A DNA stretch of 64,000 bases, taken from an uncultured Methanoregulaceae archaeon. Its GTDB lineage: Archaea; Halobacteriota; Methanomicrobia; Methanomicrobiales; Methanospirillaceae. The notes under the pieces were generated by a model. It was not told the origin of the DNA and did no database searches. It saw nothing but the letters and a program-made list of their open reading frames with translations. Positions within the stretch are counted from its first letter, which is position 1. Every line of letters starts with the position of its first letter. The stretch is from NCBI GenBank assembly GCA_963737635.1, contig CAVTTL010000001.1, positions 768,001 to 832,000 of the forward strand. The letters are read 5' to 3'. A program made the translations under genes and the position numbers. Positions 33,418-44,026 of this stretch are shown here, in pieces.

Positions 33418-34785
33418 ATGCCACCACCTGCCAAGGACACCCCGGTTCACAAAAAGCTCGATGACCTCAACGAGGTTATCGAGCGGATCAAGATCAAGTA
33501 CAACCCGCCACGGGAACTTTTCACCATCGCCATACCAGTGGCGATCGCATTGCTTGTCGTATTGACCGCATTCCTGATGGGCTACACTCTTCATACGACA
33601 GAAAAGCAGCAGGCTGTTACTACAAGTGACAAGGACAAAGCGCTTCAGGCATACCTTGCCCAGATGAATGCCGGAAACGGCAATGCAACCGGGAATGCGA
33701 CTGCCGCGACGCCATCCGCACCTGCGGCACCCACTATGGGGCTCGATGAAGTGATGGTCTTTGCCCTGATAATCGCCATCCTCCCGTACTCTATTGACAT
33801 AACGCTCCAGAAAAGGGCGACCCGCAAAAAAGAAGAGCTCTATACCGAGTTCCTCTTCAAGCTCTCGGAACTCATGAGGGGCGGGCTCGATCCGATAAAG
33901 GCGGTAAAGGAGCTCTCCAAGACAGATCTCGGCGTTCTGACCCCGCATATCCGCATCGCGTCGACGTCGATGACGTTTGGCAAGTCCTTTGAAGAATCGA
34001 TGAAGGCGATGGCCCAATCGCTCCATTCTAACCTGATCACCCGGTATACCCAGCTCGTTGTCCAGGCCTCGTACTCCGGGGGATCGGTGGCCGATCTGAT
34101 CCTCAAGGCATCCGAAGACATGAGGAGCATCATCTCCATTGAACGGGAAAAAGAGGGAAACCTGCACCAGTACGTGATGATCTTCTACTTTGCGCAGGCA
34201 ATTATCGTATTCATCGTTTATATCCTGACCACAAGTCTGCTCCCGTTTGTTACGCAGTCTGGTGCTACCCAGATGTTTGGTAAGTCGGATATCGGGGATA
34301 TCGATTTTGCCCGGGGATTCTTCCACATGATCATCCTCAACTCCATATTCGGAGGACTTATTATCGGAAAGATCAGCGAAGGGGAGGCACGATATGGTCT
34401 CAAGCATGTGGTGGTACTCGTTGCCGTAGGGTACATCGCATCCGCTCTCTTCATTCTGCCTCCACCGGTAGCACAAGCGGGACCAAAAGTCAATATTACG
34501 GTGGTATCAGGAGATCAGCAGGACGGAGTTATATCGCTGCCGCTTCCTAATCCAATCGTCTTCCAACTCACAGATACAACCGGTAATCCAGTGAATAGTA
34601 CGTCTGTTACATTCAGCATAGTGCCAAGTGGTTCGGTGAATCCGGCATCGGACACTTCGGATAAGAACGGACAGGTAGAAACGAAGGTCGTCCTCGGGAC
34701 CGATCCAGGAACGTACTTTGTGACTGCAACAGCAAATGGGGTTTCTGCAAAGGCAACAGTTATCGCAAAATCAGGAGGAGGTTAA
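33418..34785 (+). CDS. T2SS F-family platform protein 2 with a C-terminal Big_1-like Ig domain
   Basis: FLFKLSELMRGGL...GLIIGKISEG...GLKH, then VSGDQQ...TDTTGNPV...VTF...SDKNGQ...VTATANG. Confidence 0.88.
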   Translation: MPPPAKDTPVHKKLDDLNEVIERIKIKYNPPRELFTIAIPVAIALLVVLTAFLMGYTLHTTEKQQAVTTSDKDKALQAYLAQMNAGNGNATGNATAATPSAPAAPTMGLDEVMVFALIIAILPYSIDITLQKRATRKKEELYTEFLFKLSELMRGGLDPIKAVKELSKTDLGVLTPHIRIASTSMTFGKSFEESMKAMAQSLHSNLITRYTQLVVQASYSGGSVADLILKASEDMRSIISIEREKEGNLHQYVMIFYFAQAIIVFIVYILTTSLLPFVTQSGATQMFGKSDIGDIDFARGFFHMIILNSIFGGLIIGKISEGEARYGLKHVVVLVAVGYIASALFILPPPVAQAGPKVNITVVSGDQQDGVISLPLPNPIVFQLTDTTGNPVNSTSVTFSIVPSGSVNPASDTSDKNGQVETKVVLGTDPGTYFVTATANGVSAKATVIAKSGGG

Positions 34786-34788
34786 TGC

Positions 34789-35260
34789 ATGCTGAAAAAT
34801 GCCGTTTGTATTACATTCTTGTCCATGTGTATTCTCGCACTCGTAAGTATTTCTGGCTGCACTACATCTATGCACTCCCAGTCTGAATTCATCGGTGGAA
34901 AACGCTACGGTTGCGTTACCTGATCCTGAAACAGGTCTCCAGATGTGGATAGATGCTATCAATGCCAAAGATATTAATCGTCTATATACTCTTTCGCCCA
35001 ATCAGATCCGAGAACAGGTAACTTTGGAACAATTCACGAAGGATAATTCTGACAATTATCTCCTCAAACCGGGATATATTTTTACCAAATATATAATAAT
35101 TAACGAAACAGTCAATCAAACCACGGCAATCATCGTTGCTGATTTACCGTTACAGGTGCCATCTCAGAATTCCACTCAATTGAAGGTCATTCCTATCAAC
35201 TACAAGTTTTTCCTGATCTTTGAAGATGGGGAATGGAAAATTTGGAATGTTCCTTTTTAA
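34789..35260 (+). CDS. Lipoprotein with NTF2-like domain, frameshift near ~34870
   Basis: MLKNAVCITFLSMCILALVSISGC signal in one frame; WIDAIN...FEDGEWKI in the next. Confidence 0.6.
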
Positions 35261-35317
35261 TAATTTTTACGATACAGTATACCGTAAAGAGTCGGTTGGG
35301 AGATCGAAATTATAACG

Positions 35318-35869
35318 TCATGCACTCTGTACGAAATGATGGCAGGTCGGGCAGACCCAACCAACCGGTATCATCTCCCCGTTTTTTGTCGTAGAAAATG
35401 TCTGGATCATCGGAGTATTGCACGAACAGATCGGCCTGTTTGCTGCTGCCTGTCGCTCCATAAACTGGGCGATCCTGCGCTTCTTGTATAGTGCACTTTC
35501 AATGGCGGCAAAGAGCTCCCGGGTATTGATCGGCTTGACCAGGTACCCACTCGACTCAGTCAGGACAACACGACGGATGGTTTCGTCATCGCTGTACGCA
35601 GTGAGGAAAATAATCGGCGTCCCGTACAGTCCTTTAATTTTATGGGCAGCTTCTATCCCGTCCATATCTCCCTGAAGATGGATGTCCATAAGGATCACGT
35701 CCGGGTGCCGTTCTCCGGTAAGGGAAAGCGCTTCCTCGCCGCTCATGGCAATCCCGACTGCTGAGTACCCGATCCGTTTGAGGGTCTCCTCAAGGGTCAT
35801 GGCAACAAGCCCCTCATCTTCCACGATCAGGATTCTTTTTTCCTCAGGGTTTGCAGGACTTTTCATCAT
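35318..35869 (-). CDS. Response regulator receiver with C-terminal Cys cluster
   Basis: ILIVEDE, ILMDIHL, FLTAY, YLVKP; tail CSC...CPTC. Confidence 0.9.
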   Translation of the reverse strand: MMKSPANPEEKRILIVEDEGLVAMTLEETLKRIGYSAVGIAMSGEEALSLTGERHPDVILMDIHLQGDMDGIEAAHKIKGLYGTPIIFLTAYSDDETIRRVVLTESSGYLVKPINTRELFAAIESALYKKRRIAQFMERQAAANRPICSCNTPMIQTFSTTKNGEMIPVGWVCPTCHHFVQSA

Positions 35870-35917
35870 GATTTCGCTGATATTGTTGGGTTAGTGACCT
35901 ATATTTTAGTTGCCTTT

Positions 35918-35944
35918 AATAGAGAGAAAGTTTAAAATATAGTT
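35918..35944 (-). promoter_or_regulatory. Candidate bipartite operator between the divergent RR and HK genes
   Basis: Reverse complement AACTATATTT-N8-CTCTCTATT, same spacing as 32465-32491. Confidence 0.4.
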
Positions 35945-35965
35945 TATCAGAGAGGCAGCCAGTCG

Positions 35966-37378
35966 ATGAGTGATCAGACCCCTCGGTACTCCTTAATAGT
36001 GGGTGCGGGCAATCCATTTGCGCAGATCCCGGAGGACCCTGGGATCATGCGTTTACTGATCGTCATCATTGCTACCGCTACTATTGGCATAGCCGTTTTC
36101 AGCCTGGTACATGGGATAGCAGATCTTTACCAGTACCTCTTTCTTCTGCCGATAGTCATGACGGCCTATTTCTTTCCCCGGTACGGAATTGCCACATCCG
36201 TGATCATGGGACTCTCCCTGGTTTTACTCAACATTTTGTTTGTGGGTGAAAATCTGCCCGCACTCACGCTTGCGTGCTTCACGTTCGCTGTCTTTTTGGG
36301 GATAGGCGGAATCGTCACAATACTATCAGAGAGTATATCCGGATTAAAAGAACGATACCAGGATATATTTGCCATGTCCGGGGCGGGCATGGTCATCTTT
36401 AATCGGGATACCGGCCGGATTTCTGAAGCCAATCCCAGTTTTCTGGCTCCTTTGGGCTATATGTCAATCGGTTTACCTGCCTTACGCGATCTTTTCGAAT
36501 ACCCGGAACAGTACCGTGATCTGGTTGATGAAATTATTGCAGGCGGAAGAATTACCGATCAGAAATGCATGTTAGTTACCTCCGCGGGAGCGTTGCGCCA
36601 GTTCCAGATTTCAGCACGTTCGTTCTTCGGCCCCTTCATCCTGTGTACGTTCATGGATGTCACCGAACGTAAACAGTATGAGGATACTCTGCGCCAGTCT
36701 CTGACAGAAAAAGAGATCCTGATTAAAGAAGTGCATCACCGGGTAAAGAACAATATGCAGATAATTATGAGCCTTCTTGAGCTCAATGCACTCAAGGCCG
36801 AAAACGAACGTGAACGATCCCAGTATGCAGAAATGCAAGGGAGAGTAATGACAATGGCGCTTATCCATGAAAAGCTCTATCAGTCCCCGGTCGCTGGTTC
36901 CATCAATGCGGAAGAATATTTCTCGGATCTCCTCAAAAATATTGTTTCTGCTTCCGCATCGCCCGGCATACGATGTGTTGTACAGGCACCGGGAATTTTC
37001 CTCGATATAGATAAGGCCATTCCCTGCGGTCTCATTATCAACGAGCTTGCCACAAATTCACTGAAATACGCATTTCGTGAAACGGCCGGATCAGAGATTC
37101 ATCTGACCCTGACTGCCGGCAGCGACGGTCTATGCACCCTAGAATTTTTTGACAACGGAAGGGGTCTTCCTCAGTCGTATGATTTTGCTGCGTCGGAAAC
37201 TCTAGGGATCAGGTTGATCCATATGCTTGTACGACAACTTAAAGGCGCTATCACTATAACAAACTATGATGGCACGCATTTCTGCATACAGTTTCCCCTG
37301 AATCTTCGTGAACAGGAACCGAAAACCTCTGTCGCGACCCGGATCCCGGAACAGACTACCATTTCCCGGTGGGCATAA
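35966..37378 (+). CDS. Membrane PAS histidine kinase (HisKA_2 type)
   Basis: EVHHRVKNNMQII, ALIHEKLY, INELATNSLKYAF, DNGRG. Confidence 0.92.
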   Translation: MSDQTPRYSLIVGAGNPFAQIPEDPGIMRLLIVIIATATIGIAVFSLVHGIADLYQYLFLLPIVMTAYFFPRYGIATSVIMGLSLVLLNILFVGENLPALTLACFTFAVFLGIGGIVTILSESISGLKERYQDIFAMSGAGMVIFNRDTGRISEANPSFLAPLGYMSIGLPALRDLFEYPEQYRDLVDEIIAGGRITDQKCMLVTSAGALRQFQISARSFFGPFILCTFMDVTERKQYEDTLRQSLTEKEILIKEVHHRVKNNMQIIMSLLELNALKAENERERSQYAEMQGRVMTMALIHEKLYQSPVAGSINAEEYFSDLLKNIVSASASPGIRCVVQAPGIFLDIDKAIPCGLIINELATNSLKYAFRETAGSEIHLTLTAGSDGLCTLEFFDNGRGLPQSYDFAASETLGIRLIHMLVRQLKGAITITNYDGTHFCIQFPLNLREQEPKTSVATRIPEQTTISRWA

Positions 37379-37487
37379 CCATAATTTTTCTTCCCCGGGA
37401 TATGTAAATCCCAATATGACTATAGAGACTAAAGAAGAAATTATGATATGATCTCAAAAAAGAGTGTATAAACTCTAGGTTTGAGCG

Positions 37488-39269
37488 ATGAAAGTCCGCA
37501 CGCGTACCCGGTTAATTCTTGCTGCCTTGGCTTTTATTTTTTTGATTGTTCTTAGTTTCATCACCCAGTTTATAATCCTCGATTCATTTCGTACGATAGA
37601 AAAACAGCAGATGACGGCAAACGTCCAACGGGTTGTTGCAAATCTCAACGATCAGGAGAACACGGTAGCAGCCAGCTGCAAGGATTGGGCAGACCGCGAC
37701 GACACCTATAATTTTGCAGAAAGAGCCAATTCACCGGGGAATACCGGCACATTCAACCAGCCGCTCCTGCTCGGGACGCTTGATGTCGACTATCTTCTCA
37801 TATACAATACTTCGGGAGATCTGATATTTTCCGAAGGGGCCATAACAGACAACGGGACGTCGGAAGTCGTTCCCGCCCAACTTGAGAATATCATCAGCGA
37901 CAGTATTATTCCACCGGGTGTACCTGGCGGGGTATCGGGACGACACGGGGTCTCGTTCCTCAATGGCGAACCGGTTATTCTTGCCGGTTGTGCCATCCGG
38001 GGGAGTCAGACGGAGCCTTCAGAGGGCACACTGGTCATGGTGCGGGTTCTTAACAGCCAGAGAATGGCAGACATGGAAAGTGTTCTCCAGATTCCGGACT
38101 TTACCTTTGGACCCTCTTCCACGGGTTCCGGTGTCGGCGTATTCAGCACCACAGACATACAAAAAATGAAGAAAGGCGAAATTATCAGCCAGCCAGTCAA
38201 CGACAGCCAGATGGGAGGAACGGCAATGATCACGGGCATCGAGGATAAGCCAACCTTCCTGATGCTGCAGGTGTTCACGGATCGTACAGTCTATGGCGAA
38301 GTACAGTCATCGATCCTGATAGTTGCGGCTTCGATCATCATCCTGAGCGCCTTTTTTATCTTGGCGATCCAATTTTTACTACAACGGTTTGTCCTGGGGC
38401 CGCTCAGCTCCCTTGACAATGATATAAAAATCATCGGTGAATCCGGCGATCTTTCCCGTCGTATCCCGGCCAAAGGGGACGAGGAGATTGTATCTGTTTC
38501 CCAAGCCCTGAACCAGATGCTTTCCGATCTTGAAGAAAAAAGGGCTGAACTTTCCGCTGCCCGCAGTGAAGTTGCCCAGCGTAACCGTGAACTCGAGGAA
38601 CTTAACCGGAAGGCGAACCTGTACCTCGATATTTACCTCGATGTAATCACGTACGAAATACTCAATGCAATCATGGGACTGCGAGGGTACGCCGATTATC
38701 TCAATGAGACTGCCCAGGAAAATGAAAAGCAGTTCCTCAAAAAGATCGTCGATCTTGCCCAGAAGAGCAACAACGTGATCCGCAATATCGAAACAATAAG
38801 CCGCATTTATAAGATGCAGCCCGGTGTCGTTCCCATCAACCTTGAAAGTATCATAAAAAAGGAAATGGATGTCCGCCAGAATATCCATATTACTCTTGAA
38901 GGATGCGACCGTATAGTATGCGCTAATGATATGCTCGGCGTCGTTTTCGATAACCTGTTCTCAAATAGTCTCAAGTTCGGCGGCCCGAAAGTGTCCATCG
39001 ATGTTTCCGCCCGGGACGCCGGCGATGGGATGCTTGAAATATCGGTTGCTGACAATGGTCCGGGAATTTCCGATGAGATAAAACCGGGGATATTTGACCG
39101 GTTCGCCAAAGATACAAAAACCCGAAGCAGTTATGGCCTCGGGCTCCATATCGTCAAGATGCTGGTGGAAGGATATGGCGGCCGGGTATGGGCCGATGAT
39201 CGGGTCCTGAAAGATGCTTCGTCCGGTGTCACGATACGGTTTACGCTCCGCTTGGCCAAAATAACCTAA
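37488..39269 (+). CDS. CHASE4-HAMP sensor histidine kinase-like protein, H-box His replaced by Tyr
   Basis: DWADRDDTY (CHASE4), HAMP (GDEEI...LNQML), ITYEILN, NLFSNSLKF, DNGPGI, GLGL. Confidence 0.85.
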   Translation: MKVRTRTRLILAALAFIFLIVLSFITQFIILDSFRTIEKQQMTANVQRVVANLNDQENTVAASCKDWADRDDTYNFAERANSPGNTGTFNQPLLLGTLDVDYLLIYNTSGDLIFSEGAITDNGTSEVVPAQLENIISDSIIPPGVPGGVSGRHGVSFLNGEPVILAGCAIRGSQTEPSEGTLVMVRVLNSQRMADMESVLQIPDFTFGPSSTGSGVGVFSTTDIQKMKKGEIISQPVNDSQMGGTAMITGIEDKPTFLMLQVFTDRTVYGEVQSSILIVAASIIILSAFFILAIQFLLQRFVLGPLSSLDNDIKIIGESGDLSRRIPAKGDEEIVSVSQALNQMLSDLEEKRAELSAARSEVAQRNRELEELNRKANLYLDIYLDVITYEILNAIMGLRGYADYLNETAQENEKQFLKKIVDLAQKSNNVIRNIETISRIYKMQPGVVPINLESIIKKEMDVRQNIHITLEGCDRIVCANDMLGVVFDNLFSNSLKFGGPKVSIDVSARDAGDGMLEISVADNGPGISDEIKPGIFDRFAKDTKTRSSYGLGLHIVKMLVEGYGGRVWADDRVLKDASSGVTIRFTLRLAKIT

Positions 39270-39309
39270 ACTGCATTTCCTATAGGTAAAAAGAGAGAGA
39301 AAGAGTGCA

Positions 39310-39921
39310 TCATCCGTGCCGTTCACGGGTATCGATCAAGAACCCTTCATTACTGACCGTAAAGGGAAGCATCTTTTCAAGAAGCTGGGCTCCCTGCATC
39401 TTGGGTATATTGAGATAACGTTTGAGTTTGTCCCCTTCAGTAACGGTGGTGATCTGGATGACTCCGTCGACCATCGCCCGGAGAAGAGCTTCGTGCCGTT
39501 CAGGAAGGACGCCACGATCCATAAGCAGCAGAAAAACCCGGCCGGTTTTTGCCGCGGCAATGATACGGGAGATCCCGTCGCGGAGTTCCAAAAGAGATGA
39601 ATCGAGGAAGTAAAAGGAAAACTGATCCACAATCACCAGGTCACAGGTACTTTTGAGCGCGAGCAGGTCAAGAAGCGCCCCCGGGGAAGCCCCAGGCATC
39701 TCCTCAATATGAAATCCTTTCGCTGGTAAAATGTTCAGGCGTTTCATATCTCCCCGGACATCGTCTGGAGATCGAGACGTGATATAACACACATTCTTTC
39801 CGGCAGCTGCAGTCTCAGAGCCAATATACTGGGCATAGGAGGATTTGGTGATACCCGTGTCTTCTTCTAGCAGGATTACACTCTTTTCCGGAAAATCATC
39901 TATACCTTGGACGGGTGCCAT
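39310..39921 (-). CDS. KaiC/RAD55/ArlH-like RecA-fold protein, degenerate Walker A
   Basis: ILLEEDTGITKS, LVIVD, MVDGVIQ, YLNIPKMQG, GFLIDTRER. Confidence 0.78.
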   Translation of the reverse strand: MAPVQGIDDFPEKSVILLEEDTGITKSSYAQYIGSETAAAGKNVCYITSRSPDDVRGDMKRLNILPAKGFHIEEMPGASPGALLDLLALKSTCDLVIVDQFSFYFLDSSLLELRDGISRIIAAAKTGRVFLLLMDRGVLPERHEALLRAMVDGVIQITTVTEGDKLKRYLNIPKMQGAQLLEKMLPFTVSNEGFLIDTRERHG

Positions 39922-40174
39922 TATCTATCGTTTGCATCTCCCTTCTCATAAGTACTTCCAACCCGGCTTCGGGACTTCATCTAATCCGGTTTTGAAGAAA
40001 TACATTAATGCGGGCAAACAACAAAATTTCCGCTGTCCTTCTGTGTGATACTCATTAATCGCCCTTAATATCGTTTGTTTTTTTACAGAAACACTATATA
40101 GTAAAATTTACCAATACCTATTATCCCCCACAGAGATCACTCCGGAAAGGGCGAGTCTCCGAGATACAGTCATC

Positions 40175-40618
40175 ATGCAGACCTTTCCAGCCCTCTTCAG
40201 GCGCATCTATAATACACCGGCGTGCATTGCTGTTATCCCCTCAGTGGCAGTAATTATCGATTATACCCTTACCTTTTTTCTGGCAGCGAATACCGGGATG
40301 ATCCTCCAGTGGGAAGCAAGTCCTCTCGTACGATTTGCCGTTGCACACAACATCATGGCGATCTACCTGCTGGCGATCGTTCTATTCTATTTTGGGGCCG
40401 CATATGCAATCCTCCTCATCCTTCGGCCAACATGCTATTACAAGTATAGTGTTGCCTTGGTTGTACTGCTAAGCATTACGCATGTGATGGGCGGTTTATC
40501 GTGGCAGCTTAAAAACACGTGGTATTCCGACAGCGTTATTGCCCTCTCTCTTATAACGGTAATAATTACCATCTGCTTGTTTGGTTACTCCTTCCTCCGG
40601 AAAGAGTGCTTCGCTTGA
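40175..40618 (+). CDS. DUF5658-like membrane protein
   Basis: IDYTLT...WEASPL plus four TM segments. Confidence 0.6.
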   Translation: MQTFPALFRRIYNTPACIAVIPSVAVIIDYTLTFFLAANTGMILQWEASPLVRFAVAHNIMAIYLLAIVLFYFGAAYAILLILRPTCYYKYSVALVVLLSITHVMGGLSWQLKNTWYSDSVIALSLITVIITICLFGYSFLRKECFA

Positions 40619-40757
40619 ACTACTTTGTAGAATTCGGATGCAGAATTCGAGTCTATAGTCTCTATATCAATCAGAGATAAATATATTTTTAATTCACAAA
40701 GAATATATTCCACTCGTGACAGATCATTCTTTCGGGCAGGTAGTGCGGGCAAAATAA

Positions 40758-41000
40758 GTGGGGAGCGAACCCGCACCCAAAGGAGTGAATCAACCCGTGA
40801 GCATAATACAACCAAACCCAGACAAAATAGATCATACTATCATTCCCGTTGCTGCCTGTCTTACGCTTCTTACAGCAGGAAGTCTCTCGATTTACGGGAA
40901 CTTCGATATAATTCTCCCGTTCATCATGTTGTCTATCTCGATCTTTTGCATCCTTTATCTGATGGTCGTGAGGGTCGTCCGTCAGAAGACGCCCTCCTGA
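40758..41000 (+). CDS. Small two-TM protein
   Basis: Two hydrophobic segments. Confidence 0.45.
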   Translation: MGSEPAPKGVNQPVSIIQPNPDKIDHTIIPVAACLTLLTAGSLSIYGNFDIILPFIMLSISIFCILYLMVVRVVRQKTPS

Positions 41001-41140
41001 CATCAATAAGTCTGTTGTATTTCCTGAAATAGCCGGTTTATTTCTTCGTAGAACGATTTTGCCGGCGGATTCCCAGCTTTGAGTGATTAGAGCAGGTTTC
41101 TACACGGTGCATCTTATATCGATGAAAACGCGACAACCGG

Positions 41141-41611
41141 TCAACCACGGGTGATGACGATCAATTTGACTGAATACATGAGCCAGAAGAGATTGACCGT
41201 AAAAGCAAGCATATAGGGAACGCAGGCGACCTGGATGATCCGCAATCCCAATCCCTTGTAATTGCGTTCCATAATATTAGCGACAATGATAGTAAAAAGA
41301 GCAAACATCAGTTTGATCCCAAGATGGAGAAACGGGTCCTGTACAATATATGCCATGAAGGGGTTTGCCTCGGACGCCGTTCCTGCACCTGCACCTTTCC
41401 ACAAAAGAAGAGTGGTTGAAAATACATCGAATATAACAAGAAATGTCAGGAACAGCATCCACTGGCCGTTTATTGCGATATCATCGGGGAATATCGCGTG
41501 CACTATGGACCAAAGGCGTGGGGACCGGGTCTTAAACTGTATCAATCTTGATACTCCAACAGCTACTCTTAATGTCTCTTCTAGGTCTATTAATAGATCG
41601 TTTTCCCGCAA
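41141..41611 (-). CDS. DUF5658-like membrane protein
   Basis: FDVFSTT...EANPFM...HLGIK; start uncertain. Confidence 0.7.
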   Translation of the reverse strand: MRENDLLIDLEETLRVAVGVSRLIQFKTRSPRLWSIVHAIFPDDIAINGQWMLFLTFLVIFDVFSTTLLLWKGAGAGTASEANPFMAYIVQDPFLHLGIKLMFALFTIIVANIMERNYKGLGLRIIQVACVPYMLAFTVNLFWLMYSVKLIVITRG

Positions 41612-41643
41612 TCTCTAGAGAATTTATTCAATATCTTCTTAAA

Positions 41644-41670
41644 TATAGAGATTTCATATTAATTATAGAT
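41644..41670 (-). promoter_or_regulatory. Candidate bipartite operator between divergent genes
   Basis: Reverse complement ATCTATAATT-AATATGAA-ATCTCTATA. Confidence 0.55.
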
Positions 41671-41717
41671 TTCAGCATGAGCGCTGGATCCGACCTCCCC
41701 ATCAAGGTTGTGCGGCT

Positions 41718-42401
41718 GTGAACCTGATTATCCTGAAATACGGCATCCTAATCGGGGCCCTTCTGACGACCACTGTCTTTGTCTCAGGACCCCTGAGTCA
41801 GCCTTCTGCACAGCAGGGAGTACAGAACAGCAGCGAGATCGACGCGCAGTCGATCTTTGCCTTCGGCTCGCAGGTGTTTTATAAAGAGGCGTCCCAGCCC
41901 GGAAACGAATATGTACAGAATAGCGTGCAGGGATATTCCCAGAACCTGGTCCCTACCAATGCCGAAAACCAAGCCTACAACTCGTCATGGCAGGCCGGCG
42001 TTGCGCAATTTAAGTCCGGGTACGACCGCGTTACTACTGCGCTTTTCGACCTCGCTTCCGTGCCATCAATGCAGACCAGCGAGCAGAAAATGGCGGTATG
42101 CGGAGAATTTGCGACCGGCGAGAATGAAATGACCCAGGCAAGGGATGAATTCCTTTCTGCAAAAAACAGTGCATCGCCGGCAACTGACTCAGGTTTCACC
42201 ATCGCCATGGTGCTGGAACAAGTCGATGCGATCATCCAGAGTTCGGATGATGCTGACACGGCATGCATGAAGGCGGTCGTGGCCGATCATAACCATGACC
42301 ACGCGGGATTTTCAGCAGACCTCAAGGATGCGCAGAGTGCAGTACAGGATATGGAACACGCTTACCCCGAGCTGAAGGTGCTGAGCAGTGATTTTACCTG
42401 A
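41718..42401 (+). CDS. Secreted/anchored helical-bundle protein
   Basis: N-terminal hydrophobic helix; domain homologous to the C-terminus of 44027-45127. Confidence 0.7.
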   Translation: MNLIILKYGILIGALLTTTVFVSGPLSQPSAQQGVQNSSEIDAQSIFAFGSQVFYKEASQPGNEYVQNSVQGYSQNLVPTNAENQAYNSSWQAGVAQFKSGYDRVTTALFDLASVPSMQTSEQKMAVCGEFATGENEMTQARDEFLSAKNSASPATDSGFTIAMVLEQVDAIIQSSDDADTACMKAVVADHNHDHAGFSADLKDAQSAVQDMEHAYPELKVLSSDFT

Positions 42402-42479
42402 ATTATTGAAACCAAAGGAGATGCTATCGATGAGAAAGAAGGAAAATCGAGACAAAATCAACCAGACCCGGAAAAACAG

Positions 42480-42815
42480 GTGATACCTATGAACTTACCC
42501 GATCCAAAAAGAATGCTTATTGATGACAGGCCGATAAGTGATGAAGAATTCAGGAGACAAAACCTGGTATACGTGATCTCAGCGGCAGTACTAATGATTA
42601 TCGGACCGCTTTTCATTTATCACGGATTTAATCTCCTGCCGTGGCCGTATACAGCGAAGTGGGGTGCCCTCTCGATCGCAATCGGGTTCTTCATCCTCAT
42701 CTTCGGGTTCAGCCTCTGGCAGGATCGCCAGGTACAGGTCCTCCAGAGAATGCACGCAAAAGATTCCGCCGAGATCCGGCAGATTCTCCGGGAAATAAAA
42801 GACGAGAGAAAATAA
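42480..42815 (+). CDS. Small two-TM protein
   Basis: Two TM helices with a charged tail. Confidence 0.6.
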   Translation: MIPMNLPDPKRMLIDDRPISDEEFRRQNLVYVISAAVLMIIGPLFIYHGFNLLPWPYTAKWGALSIAIGFFILIFGFSLWQDRQVQVLQRMHAKDSAEIRQILREIKDERK

Positions 42816-42944
42816 AAGGCGAACTGGCATGCGAAAGCGGTCATCCTCAACCCGGGCTGGCTTGGAAGCAGGGATAAAAAGAGAGGAGACAGGTTACGCC
42901 CGGATTCCGCGGGTATTTCCGGTACCCATAAAAAACAGGAGTGT

Positions 42945-43762
42945 ATGATGCTGACCATCCTTTCCTGGAACGTAAACGGCCTTCGCGGGTGCTATGACCG
43001 GAAAAATTTCCTTCCACTCTTCCGGCACAACCCGGAAATTGTCTGCATTCAGGAAACGAAAGCCCCGGAGGAGAAACTCCCGGAGAAGGTACGGAACCTG
43101 TACGGATACCATACGTATTTTTCTGCCGTGCCGGGGGGAGTACCGCCGGGGTCGGGCTCTTTACCCGGCACCAGCCGCTTTCCGTAAACTATGGGTTTGG
43201 GGACCCAGTCTTTGATAACAAAGGGCGGGTCATTGTTGCTGAATATGAAAGATTTGTCCTGCTCAACGTTTATTTCCCGCTCGGGATAAAACCGATGGGA
43301 AATCTCGACAACAAACTGGAATTTTACGATGCATTTCTTCAATATATCCGGTCGCTCTGCGAAAAGGGCAGGCCGGTGGTCATCTGTGGCGACTTCAACG
43401 TAGCCCACACTGACCAAGATCTCTATAACCCGCCTAAGAAACCGGTCCGGCAGATCGGTATTTCCCCGGAAGAACGCTCTAAGATGGATCAGCTGGTCGG
43501 TCTCGGATTTACTGATACGTTCCGGATTTTTCACCAGGGATCTGGCTACTATACCAGATGGCCGTTCCAGAACGATGCCCGGGAGAGAAATTTCGGCTGG
43601 CGCCTCGATTACTGCTTTGTGAACCAAGCGCTCCGGCCGTACGTGTCCAATGCTACAATCATGCCGGAGATCAAAGGATCAGACCACTGCCCGATCATAC
43701 TGGAACTGAATCTGCCGGAAGCGGAGGAGATACACCTTCCCACACTGAAGGTAACGTCCTGA
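42945..43762 (+). CDS. xth: Exodeoxyribonuclease III (AP endonuclease), frameshifted in ~43130-43200
   Basis: SWNVNGLR, IQETK, CGDFNVAH, GWRLDY, GSDHCP. Confidence 0.9.
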
Positions 43763-44026
43763 TAAATGGGGGAACAGTTCTGTCAAGTTTTTAGCTGGGT
43801 GGGCCGTTCTTTATATTCATTCCCTTGTCTATGCCTCATGGAGGCATTAACATATTTTTTCCCTTATACAATTTCCAATCATTCATTGGACTTTTTTTAA
43901 CTCGATTTCCTGAAGGAAAAGTGTCAATAATTGGTAGTTAATGGCAACTTGATAGAACCTTTCAAAAATTAATTAAATATGCGTATATATAATAAAAGAT
44001 AACAAAAAAACAGGGAGCGATAAGCA

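Noticed and set aside
33286-34476. Long antisense ORFs (33286-34476; also 7178-7984, 20483-21133, 49592-50377)
   Set aside because: Shadows of well-supported genes on the opposite strand, with no motifs.
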